Below the pieces are notes generated by a model. The model was not told the origin of the DNA and searched no databases. It saw only the letters and a list, made by a program, of their open reading frames with translations. Shown here in pieces: positions 31,611 through 43,227 of a DNA stretch of 64,000 nucleotides. The DNA is from an uncultured cyanobacterium (GTDB taxonomy: Bacteria; Cyanobacteriota; Cyanobacteriia; PCC-6307; Cyanobiaceae), in NCBI GenBank assembly GCA_963765575.1, contig CAVXWZ010000008.1, positions 32,001 to 96,000 of the forward strand, in the 5' to 3' direction. Within the stretch, counting starts at the first letter, position 1. Each line of letters opens with the position of its first letter. Both the position numbers and the translations under genes were made by a program.

Positions 31611-33956
31611 TCAGCCTCGGGCTCCACCAGACACCGTGATCAGGGATCCGGAGCTGGTGTTGCCGCTGGAGCCGGTGACACGACACACGGGCTCAGGCAC
31701 CTCCTCGTTGCGCTTGGACTGGAAGCCGGGCATGGCCGTCATCGGTCCGGGGCGGGAGGGGTTGCGGCGCCGGGCCGAGGCCCCTTCGGTGCCGGTGACG
31801 TGCTCGCCCCGATCCCAGTCATCGCCTGTGATCGACAGGCCCGTGGAGAGTCCCTCGCCGGTCACCCGGGAGGTGGGACGGGCCGTTGCCGGCTCACTGG
31901 CCGCCGCCTTGCCGAGTTCGATCGGACCCCGGGAAAACTGGGCGCCGCGACGGTCGAAGCGAAACTGCTCGGTGCCCGTGACCTTGCCGCCGGCGAGGTC
32001 GAAGGGGCCGGTGACGCGGTTGCCCTCTTCGTAGGTGGTGCCGGTCACGGCCCCGGAGCGATCGCGGGAGGTCTGGGCCACGCGGGCCGGCGACTGCACG
32101 CTGAAGCGCTGCCAGGGCTCAGTGCCGTCGATCGGCTGGGGGAAGTCGGCCTCGCCCACGGCGGCGGCACCGCAGGCCTGCAGCTGCTGGTCGCTGCCCA
32201 CATAGGGGGTGCCGGTGACGTCTTCGCAGGCGCCGCGCTCAGCCCCGGTCATCACGCCGCCGATTCCGGGCTGGATGCCACTCATGCGGCTGGCGCCGCG
32301 CAGGGGTGTGCGCGAACGGATCGTGCGCACCTGGGGAGTGGCGCAGTAGTCGGAGGCCTGCTCGAGGCCGGCGTAGGGGGTGCCGGTGACCGCCTTGCAG
32401 GTGCCCGGCTCATCGCCGGTGACGTTCTCACTGCGGCCGGTGCGGGTGCCGCTCACCACCTGGGCCCGGTTGGTGACGCTGAATCCCACCTTGGCGGCCT
32501 CGGCCCGGGGCCGTTCACCGCAAAAGCGCTCGTACTGCTGGCTGCCGATGTACTCGTCGCCGGTGACCATGCGGCAGCTGCCGGGCTCATCGCCGGTGAC
32601 GCGCTCGCTGCGACCCACGTGGGTGCCGGTGATGCCGGTGCCCCGCAGGGTCTGGAGGCTGGCCACCTTGGCGGGGGCGGTGCCGGTGCCCGGTGCCTCG
32701 CGGCCCAGGTACTGGTCGCCGGTGAGCTGCAGACCCGACCCGGGCTCGTCGCCGGTGACGCGCTCGCTGCGGCCCACCATCACCCCGGACACCTGCTGGC
32801 CACCGAGCGTGGCGCTCTGGCCGACCTTGCGGGGGGTGGGGCTGACCGAGCCGCAGTAGCTCGCCGACTGGTTGGCGGAGACGTATTCGGTGCCGGTCAC
32901 GAGCTTGCAGGTGCCGGGCTCATCGCCGGTGACCTTCTCGGAGCGGCCCACCTCGTTGCCCGTGACCCGGTTGCCATGGCCCGTGGCGCTGACGCGCACC
33001 TTGGCGGGCTGACGGGTCGGGGCCTCGCTCTGGCAGAAGGTCTGGAACACTTCGGCCCCCAGGTATTCGGTGCCGGTGATCGGGCGGCAGGTGGCCGCCT
33101 CATTGCCGGTGGTCTTGGGCGAGCGGTTGGCCTGGGTGCCGGTGACCACCTGACCGCCGCTGGTTTCACTTTCACCCACCTTCCAGTGGGCATCGGCGGC
33201 GGCCATCTGGCGGGCGCCGTGGCGGTTGGGGCCGGTGGGGCGGGTGCCGCCGTTGCGGGAGCAGCCGGCGCTGCCGACCTTGCTCTTGAGATCGCGCACC
33301 TTCTGGGCCAGTTCGCGGGTGCTCATGTCGGGGTGGCTCTGACGGGCCACGGTGGCCGCCATGCCGCCGCTGGGGAGGGCTGCCGACTTGCCTCGGCGGG
33401 ACATCGCTTCCCGGCGCGCCAGCGCCAGGGAACGGCTGGGGTTGTACTGCACCGCTGCGCGGCGCTGCTGGCCGCGGCGGTCTCTGATCCCCGACTCGAA
33501 GCTGGCGCCCCCGAGGCTGCCGTCACCGGTCCTGGCTGCCGGGCGAGCTGGCGGTGCCACTGGGGTCGACTGCTGCGACGACGGACTGGGGAGGGCGGCC
33601 CGGAACAGGTCGGAGCGGATGCGGTCTTTGGAGCTGTTGGCGCGTTTGCCGCCCCGGCTGAGGGCCTCGCGACGGGCCAGCACCAGCTCCCGGCTGGGAT
33701 TGTTGAGGCGTTGCTGGGGCCGGCTGCGGGGCCCGGGGCTGGCCAGGGGCGCGGCCGCTGCTGCCGGCGTCGATGGCGGACGGCTGCTGGACACCTCCGG
33801 CGTGCTCACTGGGGTGACCGTGCGGCTGGGGCGAGCATCAGCGGCCGTACGCACGCGCCCGCCGCCGGAGCTGAAGCGAGCGGCAGCCTTCTTGCCAGCG
33901 CTGGTGAGCGCGCGGCGACGCTCCAGTGCTGCTTCACGGCTTGATGTGCTGGCCAT
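31611..33956 (-). CDS. csoS2: Carboxysome scaffold CsoS2
   Basis: SRE..ARR..GK N-repeats, six VTG M-repeats, C-terminal ITVSGGARG. Confidence 0.96.
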   Translation of the reverse strand: MASTSSREAALERRRALTSAGKKAAARFSSGGGRVRTAADARPSRTVTPVSTPEVSSSRPPSTPAAAAAPLASPGPRSRPQQRLNNPSRELVLARREALSRGGKRANSSKDRIRSDLFRAALPSPSSQQSTPVAPPARPAARTGDGSLGGASFESGIRDRRGQQRRAAVQYNPSRSLALARREAMSRRGKSAALPSGGMAATVARQSHPDMSTRELAQKVRDLKSKVGSAGCSRNGGTRPTGPNRHGARQMAAADAHWKVGESETSGGQVVTGTQANRSPKTTGNEAATCRPITGTEYLGAEVFQTFCQSEAPTRQPAKVRVSATGHGNRVTGNEVGRSEKVTGDEPGTCKLVTGTEYVSANQSASYCGSVSPTPRKVGQSATLGGQQVSGVMVGRSERVTGDEPGSGLQLTGDQYLGREAPGTGTAPAKVASLQTLRGTGITGTHVGRSERVTGDEPGSCRMVTGDEYIGSQQYERFCGERPRAEAAKVGFSVTNRAQVVSGTRTGRSENVTGDEPGTCKAVTGTPYAGLEQASDYCATPQVRTIRSRTPLRGASRMSGIQPGIGGVMTGAERGACEDVTGTPYVGSDQQLQACGAAAVGEADFPQPIDGTEPWQRFSVQSPARVAQTSRDRSGAVTGTTYEEGNRVTGPFDLAGGKVTGTEQFRFDRRGAQFSRGPIELGKAAASEPATARPTSRVTGEGLSTGLSITGDDWDRGEHVTGTEGASARRRNPSRPGPMTAMPGFQSKRNEEVPEPVCRVTGSSGNTSSGSLITVSGGARG

Positions 33957-33992
33957 CGGCGCCCTCGCGAGAAATTCTGGTGGGAAGTGAGA

Positions 33993-34016
33993 GGGTCCCG
34001 GCTGAAGCCGGGACCC
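33993..34016 (-). terminator. Stem-loop between rbcS and csoS2
   Basis: GGGTCCCGGC-TTCA-GCCGGGACCC, perfect stem on the minus strand; no clear U-tract. Confidence 0.6.
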
Positions 34017-34055
34017 GGAACGATCCGCAGGGGATCGCAGAGGCTGGGGCGGGGC

Positions 34056-34397
34056 TCAGCGGCCCTCGAACACCACGAAGCAGGCACCCTGGCTCTGGGT
34101 GTAGGCGTCGTAGCCCACCAGGCGCACGTGGTGGTCGGGATAGGCCCGATGGCAGGCCTCCAGCTCACTGACAATCACACCCAGATCCTTCTCACCAAAG
34201 AAGGGCAGCTTCCAGAACGACCAGTAGGTGGCCATGGAGCGGCTGGGGTGTACGTGCTCGATCAGGGGGCTCCAACCCTGGGCAATGATGTAGGCGATCT
34301 GGTCATAGATCTCGTCCTGGGTCATCGGCGGGAGGAAGCCGAAGGTCTCCAGGGTGGCGACTGTTTGATAGTCACCCACGGTGCTCTTGAAGGGCAT
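34056..34397 (-). CDS. rbcS: Rubisco small subunit, Form IA
   Basis: MPFKSTVGDYQTVATLETFGFLPPM..YWSFWKLPFF. Confidence 0.98.
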   Translation of the reverse strand: MPFKSTVGDYQTVATLETFGFLPPMTQDEIYDQIAYIIAQGWSPLIEHVHPSRSMATYWSFWKLPFFGEKDLGVIVSELEACHRAYPDHHVRLVGYDAYTQSQGACFVVFEGR

Positions 34398-34491
34398 GGG
34401 GATCCTGTTGCGGATGGAATGAATGGATGCGGTTCTTGATCACCGGGGCAGCAGGGAGATGGTCTCGCCTGCTCACCCCCTCATGGTGTGA

Positions 34492-35904
34492 TCAGTTGAC
34501 GTCGAGCTTGTCGACGGTGTCGAACTCGAACTTGATCTCCTTCCAGGTCTCGAGAGCGATCGCCAGCTCGGGGCTGTGCTTGGCCGCTTCCATGAGGATG
34601 TCGCGGCTTTCCTTCTCGATCTCCCGACCGGCGTTGCGGGCCTTGACGCAGGCTTCCAGGGCCACGCGGTTGGCTGCGGCACCAGCGGCCGAACCCCAGG
34701 GGTGACCGTGGGTACCACCACCGAATTGGAGCACCGAATCGTCGCCGAAGATGGCCACCAGGGCCGGCATGTGCCACACGTGGATACCGCCGGAGGCCAC
34801 GGCGAACACGCCGGGCATCGAGCCCCAGTCCTGATCGAAGAAGTTGCCGCGGCTGCGGTCCTCAGGAATGAAGGATTCGCGCAGCTGGTCGATGAAGCCC
34901 AGCGTCGTCTGGCGGTCACCTTCCAGCTTGCCCACCACGGTGCCGGTGTGCAGCTGGTCACCACCGGAGAGGCGCAGGCACTTGGCCAGCACCCGGAAGT
35001 GGATGCCGTGCTTGGGGTGACGGTCGATCACCGCGTGCATGGCACGGTGAATGTGCAGCAGCATGCCGTTCTTGCGGCACCACTTCGACAGACCGGTGTT
35101 GGCCGTGAAGCCACCGGTGATGTAGTCGTGCATGATGATCGGCTGACCCAGTTCCTTCGCGAACTCGGCCCGCTCATACATCTCTTCGGGAGTGGAAGCG
35201 GTGCAGTTGAGGTAGTGCCCCTTCTTCTCGCCGGTTTCCTCCTGGGCAAGTTGAACGGCCTCGGCCACGAACTCGAAGCGGTTCTGCCAGCGCTGGAAGG
35301 GCTGGGAGTTGATGTTCTCGTCGTCCTTGGTGAAGTCGAGACCGCCGCGCAGGCACTCGTAGACGACCCGGCCGTAGTTCTTGCCGGAGAGGCCGAGCTT
35401 GGGCTTGATCGTGCAGCCCAGCAGGGGACGGCCGTACTTGTTCATCCGGTCGCGCTCGACGCAGATGCCGTTCGGCGGTCCGGGGCAGGTCTTGATGAAG
35501 GCCATCGGGAAGCGGATGTCCTCCAGGCGGAGGTGCCGCAGGGCCTTGAAGCCGAAGACGTTGCCGACCAGGGAGGTCAGCACGTTGGTGACGGAGCCTT
35601 CCTCAAACAGGTCGAGGGGATAGGCGATGAAGGCGTAGAACGACTCCTTGTCGCCGGGCACATCTTCGATGCGGTAGCAGCGGCCCTTGTAAAAATCCAG
35701 GTCGGTGAGGAGTTCGGACCACACTGTGGACCAGGTGCCGGTGGACGATTCGGCAGCCACGGCGGCGGCCACTTCTTCCTTGGGAACGCCTTCTTGACCG
35801 GTGACCTTGAAACAGGCCAGCAGGTCGGTGTCGAGGGGAACGTAATCAGGAGTCCAATACGTGTCGCGGTACTCCTTAACCCCTGCGTCGTACTTCTTGC
35901 TCAT
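34492..35904 (-). CDS. rbcL: Rubisco large subunit, Form IA
   Basis: [23 protein letters not shown]. Confidence 0.99.
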   Translation of the reverse strand: MSKKYDAGVKEYRDTYWTPDYVPLDTDLLACFKVTGQEGVPKEEVAAAVAAESSTGTWSTVWSELLTDLDFYKGRCYRIEDVPGDKESFYAFIAYPLDLFEEGSVTNVLTSLVGNVFGFKALRHLRLEDIRFPMAFIKTCPGPPNGICVERDRMNKYGRPLLGCTIKPKLGLSGKNYGRVVYECLRGGLDFTKDDENINSQPFQRWQNRFEFVAEAVQLAQEETGEKKGHYLNCTASTPEEMYERAEFAKELGQPIIMHDYITGGFTANTGLSKWCRKNGMLLHIHRAMHAVIDRHPKHGIHFRVLAKCLRLSGGDQLHTGTVVGKLEGDRQTTLGFIDQLRESFIPEDRSRGNFFDQDWGSMPGVFAVASGGIHVWHMPALVAIFGDDSVLQFGGGTHGHPWGSAAGAAANRVALEACVKARNAGREIEKESRDILMEAAKHSPELAIALETWKEIKFEFDTVDKLDVN

Positions 35905-35980
35905 GGGGATGGTGCGGTTGGGTCGGGGACGTGGATGAGAGAGCTTCTTGCCTGAAGGGCTGAGTCAGGCCTCAGACGAC

Positions 35981-36295
35981 TCAGTCCTTGGAACCGACGA
36001 AACCGGCACTTCCGCTCAGGGCAGGCTCCACTTCGCGATGGGGGCGGGCAATGATGTGGGCGGCCACCAGTCCATCGCCAACGCGCTCGCAGGCATCAGC
36101 GCCGGCACGCACAGCAGCGTTCACGGCACCGGTTTCACCGCGCACCATCACGGTGACGTAGCCGCCGCCGACGAACTCGCGGGCAATCAGGCGCACCTCG
36201 GCGGCCTTGGTCATGGCGTCAGCCGCTTCAATAGCCGGCACCAGACCGCGGGTTTCGATCATGCCGAGGGCGATGCCCATGGTTTCGTTAGCCAT
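35981..36295 (-). CDS. csoS1: Major carboxysome shell hexamer CsoS1
   Basis: [32 protein letters not shown]. Confidence 0.97.
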   Translation of the reverse strand: MANETMGIALGMIETRGLVPAIEAADAMTKAAEVRLIAREFVGGGYVTVMVRGETGAVNAAVRAGADACERVGDGLVAAHIIARPHREVEPALSGSAGFVGSKD

Positions 36296-36400
36296 ATCCG
36301 GTTGGGATGGAGGGGGGAAAGGGGCCGCACCAACACTCGGACTTCAGAGCACCCCCCGTCAAGCGATCCGAGCGGTTATGACCATCACCGTTTCGGGCCT

Positions 36401-36423
36401 CACTGATAAGCAGCACTGATTAG
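36401..36423. promoter_or_regulatory. Candidate LysR-type site upstream of the cso operon
   Basis: ATAA-N7-TGAT (T-N11-A) overlapping two CACTGATWAG repeats. Confidence 0.35.
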
Positions 36424-36515
36424 TGCCTCACAATTCGTTAGGGAATGCTTGGGCACTGGCGCGTGTGGGCTCTGGGACACAATGGCGGCTGCTGCCGCTG
36501 CCAATGCCAATGCCG

Positions 36516-37100
36516 ATGCCGGTGCTGGTCATTGCCAGTGGCAATCCCCACAAGGTGGCCGAGCTGGGCGGGATGCTCGCAGCGGTGGATCTCGACGTGC
36601 GCCAACAGCCCCGGGGCCTGGAGATCGAGGAGACAGGATCCACCTATGCCGAGAACGCCCGCCTCAAGGCCGAGGCGGTGGCAGCGCTCACCGGCCAGTG
36701 GACCCTCGCCGATGATTCCGGGCTGGAGGTGGACGCCCTGGGAGGCGCCCCGGGCATCTACTCGGCCCGCTACGCCCCCAGCGATCGCCAGCGCCTGCAC
36801 CGGCTGCTGAGCGAACTGGGTGACACCCCCTACCGCGGCGCTCGTTCCGTGACGGCCATGGCCCTCGCCGATCCCACGGGCGTCACGGTGCTGGAGTCGG
36901 AGGGGCTGTGCCACGGGCTGGTGCTGCAGGAACCCGATGGCGCCGGCGCCGGCTACGAGCCGATCTTCTATGTGCGCGAAGCCGGCAGCAGCTACGCCCG
37001 CATGGGCCAGCACCTTCGCAACCGCCTCGGCAGCCGCGGCAAGGCCGCCCAGCAGCTGGCCCCGGGGCTGCGCCAGCTGCTCGGGCTGGATCAGCCCTGA
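36516..37100 (+). CDS. HAM1-family non-canonical purine NTP pyrophosphatase
   Basis: IASGNPHK, ENARLKA, ADDSGLEVDAL. Confidence 0.9.
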   Translation: MPVLVIASGNPHKVAELGGMLAAVDLDVRQQPRGLEIEETGSTYAENARLKAEAVAALTGQWTLADDSGLEVDALGGAPGIYSARYAPSDRQRLHRLLSELGDTPYRGARSVTAMALADPTGVTVLESEGLCHGLVLQEPDGAGAGYEPIFYVREAGSSYARMGQHLRNRLGSRGKAAQQLAPGLRQLLGLDQP

Positions 37101-37116
37101 GCTGTGTCGTTGATGC

Positions 37117-37932
37117 TCAGCCCTGAGCAGTGGCGTTGATGTGGTGGATGGCGCGCATCGCCGCCGCCGCCGCTTCCTCTACATCCCCTTCACGCCCGGC
37201 CAGGGTGAGGCGGCCGAACGCCCCCACAGCCTTCACGTCCACCACCGTGATGTTGGACGACTTCTCCGCTTCGTTGGCGGCAATCAGCACATAACCGGCC
37301 GGCTCCGTTTCGAGGATGAACATGCTCATCCCCGCCTGGATCATCGATCCTCTGCGGTTCTGACGGTTGATCAGCACAGCATGGTCGGGGGTGATGGCGC
37401 GGATGATCTCGGTCCAGCTCACGTCGCAGCGGCTGCGCTGCTGCACGGTGTTGCCGATCGCCTCCAGCACCACATCGCCGGAGTGGAGCACATTGCTCTG
37501 GTCACGGTGATAGAGGGCCAGGGAGCCGAACGCCCGCTCCACGATCATCTGGCCGAGCCGCACGGTGCTGGCCTTGAGGGCGATGTCCGTGACCCGGTGC
37601 ACGGCCATTCCAGGAGACACCTCCAGCCAGAGGCAGGCGTCGCCGGGGATCGGCAGAAAGCCCTGGCTCACGGTGCCCATGTAGGCCGCCAGCTGGGGCT
37701 GCAGCGAATCAAGGAACACGTAGGTGCGCAGCGCGATCGACTGCACATGGCTGTCCAGCCGAGCCAGGCGACTGCCCTCGCTGTCGGTGGTGATCACACA
37801 GCTGGCGCCGTCGCCGCCGACGTCGATGGCGGTGCCGGTGATCCTCGCAGCCCCGCTGTTCAGCCCAGCCGTCTCAAGCCCCTTGCGCCGCCGGATCGCC
37901 AGGTTCTCTCGTGAACGGCTGGGCGAAGGCAA
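37117..37932 (-). CDS. csoS1D: Tandem-BMC shell protein CsoS1D
   Basis: [26 protein letters not shown]. Confidence 0.93.
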   Translation of the reverse strand: MPSPSRSRENLAIRRRKGLETAGLNSGAARITGTAIDVGGDGASCVITTDSEGSRLARLDSHVQSIALRTYVFLDSLQPQLAAYMGTVSQGFLPIPGDACLWLEVSPGMAVHRVTDIALKASTVRLGQMIVERAFGSLALYHRDQSNVLHSGDVVLEAIGNTVQQRSRCDVSWTEIIRAITPDHAVLINRQNRRGSMIQAGMSMFILETEPAGYVLIAANEAEKSSNITVVDVKAVGAFGRLTLAGREGDVEEAAAAAMRAIHHINATAQG

Positions 37933-38085
37933 AGGAAAGGGGCTGCGTGAGCGGGGTGGGCGCGGTGGTGAGCGGTGCTACTCAGGCGAGCCTGGTGCTG
38001 GCGCGGATCTTACCGTCCGGCCCCGGCTGGCCCTTGCTCAGACCCTCAGAGCCGGTACCGTCCCGGCAGCGGCAACTGGAGTTCC

Positions 38086-38577
38086 ATGGCTGGCAGGCAC
38101 AACCCCGTTGAGGCCCCCCCGCGCAGCACGATCCCCACGGAAACCCTGCCCCACGGCTCCGGCTTCCCGCCAGTGGCCGACTGGCTGGCCGAGGCCAGCG
38201 CCCAGGGCATCCAGCCGGAGCAGGCGCTGGCCCTGATCGGCTTCGGCCTGTTCCAGCGGCTGCGCAGTTCCGGTGACGCACCCACGTGGGTCTGGAACGA
38301 AGCCGAAGACGGCGGCAGTGCCGATCTGTCCGGCCTGCGCCAGCGCCTCGAACTCACCCGCCTGGCGATTGAGACCGGAGCACCCCTGAGCACCGCGGAG
38401 GTCACGACCCTGCTGGGCGCCCGGCCTGGCAGCGCCGTGGTGGAGCGGGGCGGCCTGCGCGCGCGCCGCCTGAGCCGCAATGTCTGGAAGCTCAGCCAGG
38501 CCGATGGCAGCAACGACGATGGCCGCGACGACGGCTATGGAGGTGGGTTCGGCAGCAGCTTCCGCCGCCGCCTCTGA
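38086..38577 (+). CDS. Conserved hypothetical protein
   Basis: Coherent ORF (PEQALALIG..LRQRLELTRLAIETGAPL..SRNVWKL) next to csoS1D. Confidence 0.7.
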   Translation: MAGRHNPVEAPPRSTIPTETLPHGSGFPPVADWLAEASAQGIQPEQALALIGFGLFQRLRSSGDAPTWVWNEAEDGGSADLSGLRQRLELTRLAIETGAPLSTAEVTTLLGARPGSAVVERGGLRARRLSRNVWKLSQADGSNDDGRDDGYGGGFGSSFRRRL

Positions 38578-38608
38578 CCTTGATGATCTGGGCTGCGTTC
38601 GGTTCGGC

Positions 38609-39625
<1,017 letters not shown>

Positions 39626-39703
39626 TTACGGAGGGGGGCGTTCAAGCCTGCCGCCCGGACCGGCTGCTCAACACAGAGTAAAAACACCAGAACGCTGGCC
39701 CGA

Positions 39704-40213
39704 TCAGCCGGGCGCCTGGCTGGCGGGCGCTGTTGTGCCGGGGGAGGTGTCAGCTGCCTCGGCTGGCGCCGGAGCGGTGGCCGGGGGTTGTTTCCACACC
39801 ACCCTGAGGCGATTGGGCGCGATCCACTGGTTCTGCTCGCGGATCAGCCGTTGCTCGCCATCCACCCTGAACAGGGCGTCGAAGCGCTTGCGAGCCCGGG
39901 CCAGCTTGACCTGCTCCAGCTGGAGCACTGCCGCCAGTTCGCCCTGGCGATCCATGCGCTCGCGATAGACACCGGCCAGGCGGGCCAGGCTGATGCCGAC
40001 CACAGCCACCAGACCGAGCTTGACGGTGAGGCCGATCAGGCTGCAGATCAGGTCGCGGCGCTCGCTGGAGAGGCTGGCGGCAGCCCCGGCCTCGATCAGG
40101 GACGGGCGAGCGGTGGCTCTGGGAGCGCTGGCTCGGGAAGCGGCCGCCGGCTCGGTGGCGGCGGGCTCGGTGGCGGCCATGAATGGTGAGCCCGCCACCG
40201 ATGGCGTGGCCAT
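39704..40213 (-). CDS. Conserved hypothetical protein
   Basis: One TM segment, coiled coil, EQNQWIAPNRLRVVW. Confidence 0.65.
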   Translation of the reverse strand: MATPSVAGSPFMAATEPAATEPAAASRASAPRATARPSLIEAGAAASLSSERRDLICSLIGLTVKLGLVAVVGISLARLAGVYRERMDRQGELAAVLQLEQVKLARARKRFDALFRVDGEQRLIREQNQWIAPNRLRVVWKQPPATAPAPAEAADTSPGTTAPASQAPG

Positions 40214-40436
40214 GGAGGGTGTGGCCACGGAGGAGATGGCGGCCTGCCAGGGATGGCGCTTGGAGGCACGGCCCCCGCGGGGCGATCGCCGCTGAGGGGC
40301 GCTCAAGGCTCTAGGGGACGTTGTTCCCACGCTTTTAGCGCTCCAGCGTCTGTCTGCCAAGGGTGGAGTCTGCCAAGGCGGCCAGTCTGCCCAGGGGCCA
40401 GCCTGCTTAGGGCCAGCGCCCTGATCGGCGAGCGGA

Positions 40437-40541
40437 TCAGGATTTGTAGAGGCTGACACTGAGGCGCACCGCCAGGACGCCGGCGTGGGCGGCCACCACC
40501 AAGGCGATAAGGATCTGGGCCTGGCTGAGGGAAGAGACCAT
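40437..40541 (-). CDS. psaM: Photosystem I subunit XII (not in the ORF track)
   Basis: Hand translation MVSSLSQAQILIALVVAAHAGVLAVRLSVSLYKS. Confidence 0.92.
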   Translation of the reverse strand: MVSSLSQAQILIALVVAAHAGVLAVRLSVSLYKS

Positions 40542-40679
40542 GGCGGGCAGACAAACGGAAGACCGGCACCATTCTTCGGCCCTATCCCGCTACGGTCCAG
40601 CTCCGGATGGGGCGCTGTCACAGCTCTTGACGCTGCAGCCCCTGTCCGCTCCCCTGGCCCCCATCCCCTGCCCTGTCCT

Positions 40680-41189
40680 GTGCCCGCTGACTGCGACCCG
40701 TCTTCCGCAGATCGATCCCTGCGCATTTCCGCCGCGGCGATCCGCAACCTCGACCTCGCGCCCCTCGCTGGCTGGGCGGCCTGCACACCTGCGCAGATCC
40801 TCGCTGCCGTCGGCAGCCTGGAGCTCGACTACGACTGGCCGCGCGCGGATGACGACCCCCGCGAGCTCTCTGAGATCCCCGAGCTGCGCCTGTGGACCCT
40901 GCGGGCCGATGCCCATTTCCCCTGGTTGCCGCTGGTGATCGAGCGCGGCAGCGGCCAGCTCACCCGGCACGTGGCCATGCTCCTGCCCCATGGCTTCAGC
41001 CGCAGCGAAGGGATTCGCTTCGCCCCGGAGGCCCTGGAGCTGTGGCTCACCCATCGCCTCTATCTCCTGGACCACTGGGCCGGCGCTCAGGGATTGAACT
41101 GTCGCCAGGGGCTGGCTCAGATGGCGGCGGTGTTGGGCCTGGAACTCGATGCCAGCTTCTGGGATCAGCTCGACCGCAGCGCCGGCTGA
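40680..41189 (+). CDS. CRR6-family NDH assembly factor (DUF1817)
   Basis: DDPRELSEIPELRLW..PWLPL..GIRFAPEALELW. Confidence 0.85.
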   Translation: MPADCDPSSADRSLRISAAAIRNLDLAPLAGWAACTPAQILAAVGSLELDYDWPRADDDPRELSEIPELRLWTLRADAHFPWLPLVIERGSGQLTRHVAMLLPHGFSRSEGIRFAPEALELWLTHRLYLLDHWAGAQGLNCRQGLAQMAAVLGLELDASFWDQLDRSAG

Positions 41190-41992
41190 TGGCCGGGCGC
41201 CGCTTGCCCACGCTCAACCTGGGGGGCGCCTGGCAGATGGCGATCGATGCCTGGCTGCTGGATCAGCGGCAGCCGGCCCTGCGCCTCTACCGCTGGCAAC
41301 GCCCCTGCCTGTCGCTGGGGCTTCACCTGCGGCGCCTGCCCCAGACCTGGTGGGACCTGGCCACCGGCGACCAGCTTGAGCTGGTGCGCCGCCCCAGTGG
41401 CGGCGGCGCCGTGCTCCATGGCGGAGACCTGGCCTATGCCCTGGTCTGGCCAGACCCGCCTGGCAACCGGCGGCAGTCCTACCGCCAGGCCTGCCGCTGG
41501 CTGCAGGAGGCGTTCCAGGCCTTGGGCCAGCCTCTTGGCTTCGGCGACCAGCCCGCCGGCCTGGCCGCGGTCAGTTGTTTTGCCACCAGCACCGCGGCCG
41601 ATCTCATCCACGCCAGTGGTGTCAAGCGCATCGGCAGCGCCCAGCACTGGCGGGCGGGCTGCCTGCTGCAGCACGGCTCGATCCAGCTGGCCCCCGATGC
41701 CTGCCTCTGGCCGCGGCTGTTCGGCAGCCCAGCGCCCTGCCTGCCGGCGCTGCCGGTCACGGATGGCGAGCTTGAGGCCGCCCTGATCGCCGCCGCTGCC
41801 CGTTGGTTGCCCCTGCCGCCCCTGCAGCACCAGCCGCTCAGCGCTGCAGAGCTGGCGGCCATCGCCGCCAGGCTGGATCAGATGCGCCCCGAGGCTGGCT
41901 GGCCGACCGCTGAATCCGCGGCCGAATCGTCCACTTCGCCCGAGGCCAGCATCGAGCGCACCACCTGGGGCAACGCCAGGCCGAGGGGATAG
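41189..41992 (+). CDS. Lipoate-protein ligase family protein
   Basis: QMAID, RRPSGGGAVLH, KRIGSAQ, LQHGS. Confidence 0.88.
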   Translation: MAGRRLPTLNLGGAWQMAIDAWLLDQRQPALRLYRWQRPCLSLGLHLRRLPQTWWDLATGDQLELVRRPSGGGAVLHGGDLAYALVWPDPPGNRRQSYRQACRWLQEAFQALGQPLGFGDQPAGLAAVSCFATSTAADLIHASGVKRIGSAQHWRAGCLLQHGSIQLAPDACLWPRLFGSPAPCLPALPVTDGELEAALIAAAARWLPLPPLQHQPLSAAELAAIAARLDQMRPEAGWPTAESAAESSTSPEASIERTTWGNARPRG

Positions 41993-43176
41993 GCGTTGTG
42001 GAGCCGGGCGGTCTCCAGCAGCGGGGCCGGCAGCTTCAGCCCCAGCTTGCTGAGCACCGCCTCGCCCAGGCCAGGCCGATCGATGGTGCCGCTGGGCAGT
42101 CCCGCCGGACTGAGCACCAGCAGGCGCTCGCTGTTGTTGTCCTCCAGCCGCTGCACGGCCTGCCAGAGCGGGGCTTCGGCGTCGATCGCGGTGAGGCTGT
42201 TGAGGGGTTTGAGGTGATCGCCCACCCGGTCGCTGTCCCAGCGCTGCACCGGCAGTTCCTGCAGGGTGGCGTCATCGATCAGGCCGCGCCAGCGGCCCCG
42301 GTCGCACACCAGCAGCCAGTCGGCGGGGCCCACCGGACTGGGCTCGCCGAGCCTGCTGTTGCTGAGTTGCCGCAGGCTGTCGCTGGCCTCGAGCACCCGG
42401 AAGCGACGGCCAGCCGCGTCCTTCACCCGCAGGCTGGTGAGGGCGCTCTGGAGGCTCAGCAGTTGCTGTTGATTGCGCACTGCGCCGAGGCCGAACCACC
42501 CCAGCAGGATCAGCCAGGCCCCGCTGATGCCCCCTCCCCGCAGCAGCACCACGGTGCCGATGCCGATGGCCATAAAGGCCAGCAGCCGCCCGCAGGCATT
42601 GGCCACCTCCACGCCACGGCGCTGGCTGCCGGTGACCTGCCACACCATCGCCTTGACGATCAGGCCGCCATCGAGGGGCAGTCCGGGCAGCAGGTTGAAC
42701 AGGGCCAGCACCAGGTTGAGAGTGCCCAGTTCCTTGACCATGGCGCCGAGCAGCGGCGAGAGGTGAGCCGCCGCATGGGTGCTGGCCAGCAGCCCCAGGC
42801 CCAGCGCCAGACTCACCGCCGGTCCCGCCGCCGCCACCATCAGGGCGCCGATGGCGGTGCTGGATTCCCGCTCCACGCTGGCTACCCCGCCGAGCAGGAA
42901 CAGGGTGATGCTGCGCACCTTCACGCCCTGGCTGAGCGCCACCAGGGAATGGCCCAGTTCGTGCAGCAGCACCGACACGAACAGCAGCAGCGCGGTGGCA
43001 AGACCCAAGGCCCAGAGCAGTCCCTGGCCTCCGGTGGCGGGCAGGTCAGCCGCCTCGACGCTGAGGCTGTAGTACTGCTGAAAGGCCAGGGTGGCCACCG
43101 CCAGGATCACAAACCAGCTGGGGTGGATGCGCAGGGGGATGCCGCGAATCTTCAGCAGTTGCCAGCCTTCTCCCAC
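41878..43176 (-). CDS. Site-2 protease (M50) with CBS-like C-terminus
   Basis: HELGH, NLLPGLPLDGG. Confidence 0.92.
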   Translation of the reverse strand: MGEGWQLLKIRGIPLRIHPSWFVILAVATLAFQQYYSLSVEAADLPATGGQGLLWALGLATALLLFVSVLLHELGHSLVALSQGVKVRSITLFLLGGVASVERESSTAIGALMVAAAGPAVSLALGLGLLASTHAAAHLSPLLGAMVKELGTLNLVLALFNLLPGLPLDGGLIVKAMVWQVTGSQRRGVEVANACGRLLAFMAIGIGTVVLLRGGGISGAWLILLGWFGLGAVRNQQQLLSLQSALTSLRVKDAAGRRFRVLEASDSLRQLSNSRLGEPSPVGPADWLLVCDRGRWRGLIDDATLQELPVQRWDSDRVGDHLKPLNSLTAIDAEAPLWQAVQRLEDNNSERLLVLSPAGLPSGTIDRPGLGEAVLSKLGLKLPAPLLETARLHNAYPLGLALPQVVRSMLASGEVDDSAADSAVGQPASGRI

Positions 43177-43227
43177 ACTCCGCTCCCCGATGCTTGGTGG
43201 TGGTCCAGGCCCAATCCTAGAAAGGTC

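Noticed and set aside
31290..33944. Long antisense ORFs (884 aa here, many others in the track)
   Set aside because: They are shadows of real genes, expected in high-GC DNA with few stop codons.
31611..33956. Programmed -1 frameshift in csoS2, and its internal repeats as a novel array
   Set aside because: No clear X-XXY-YYZ slippery heptamer was spotted; the repeats are the normal CsoS2 N- and M-repeats.
28656..36295. Similarity between the 28.7 kb and 36.1 kb regions as another duplication
   Set aside because: These are ordinary BMC paralogs, csoS1E and csoS1.
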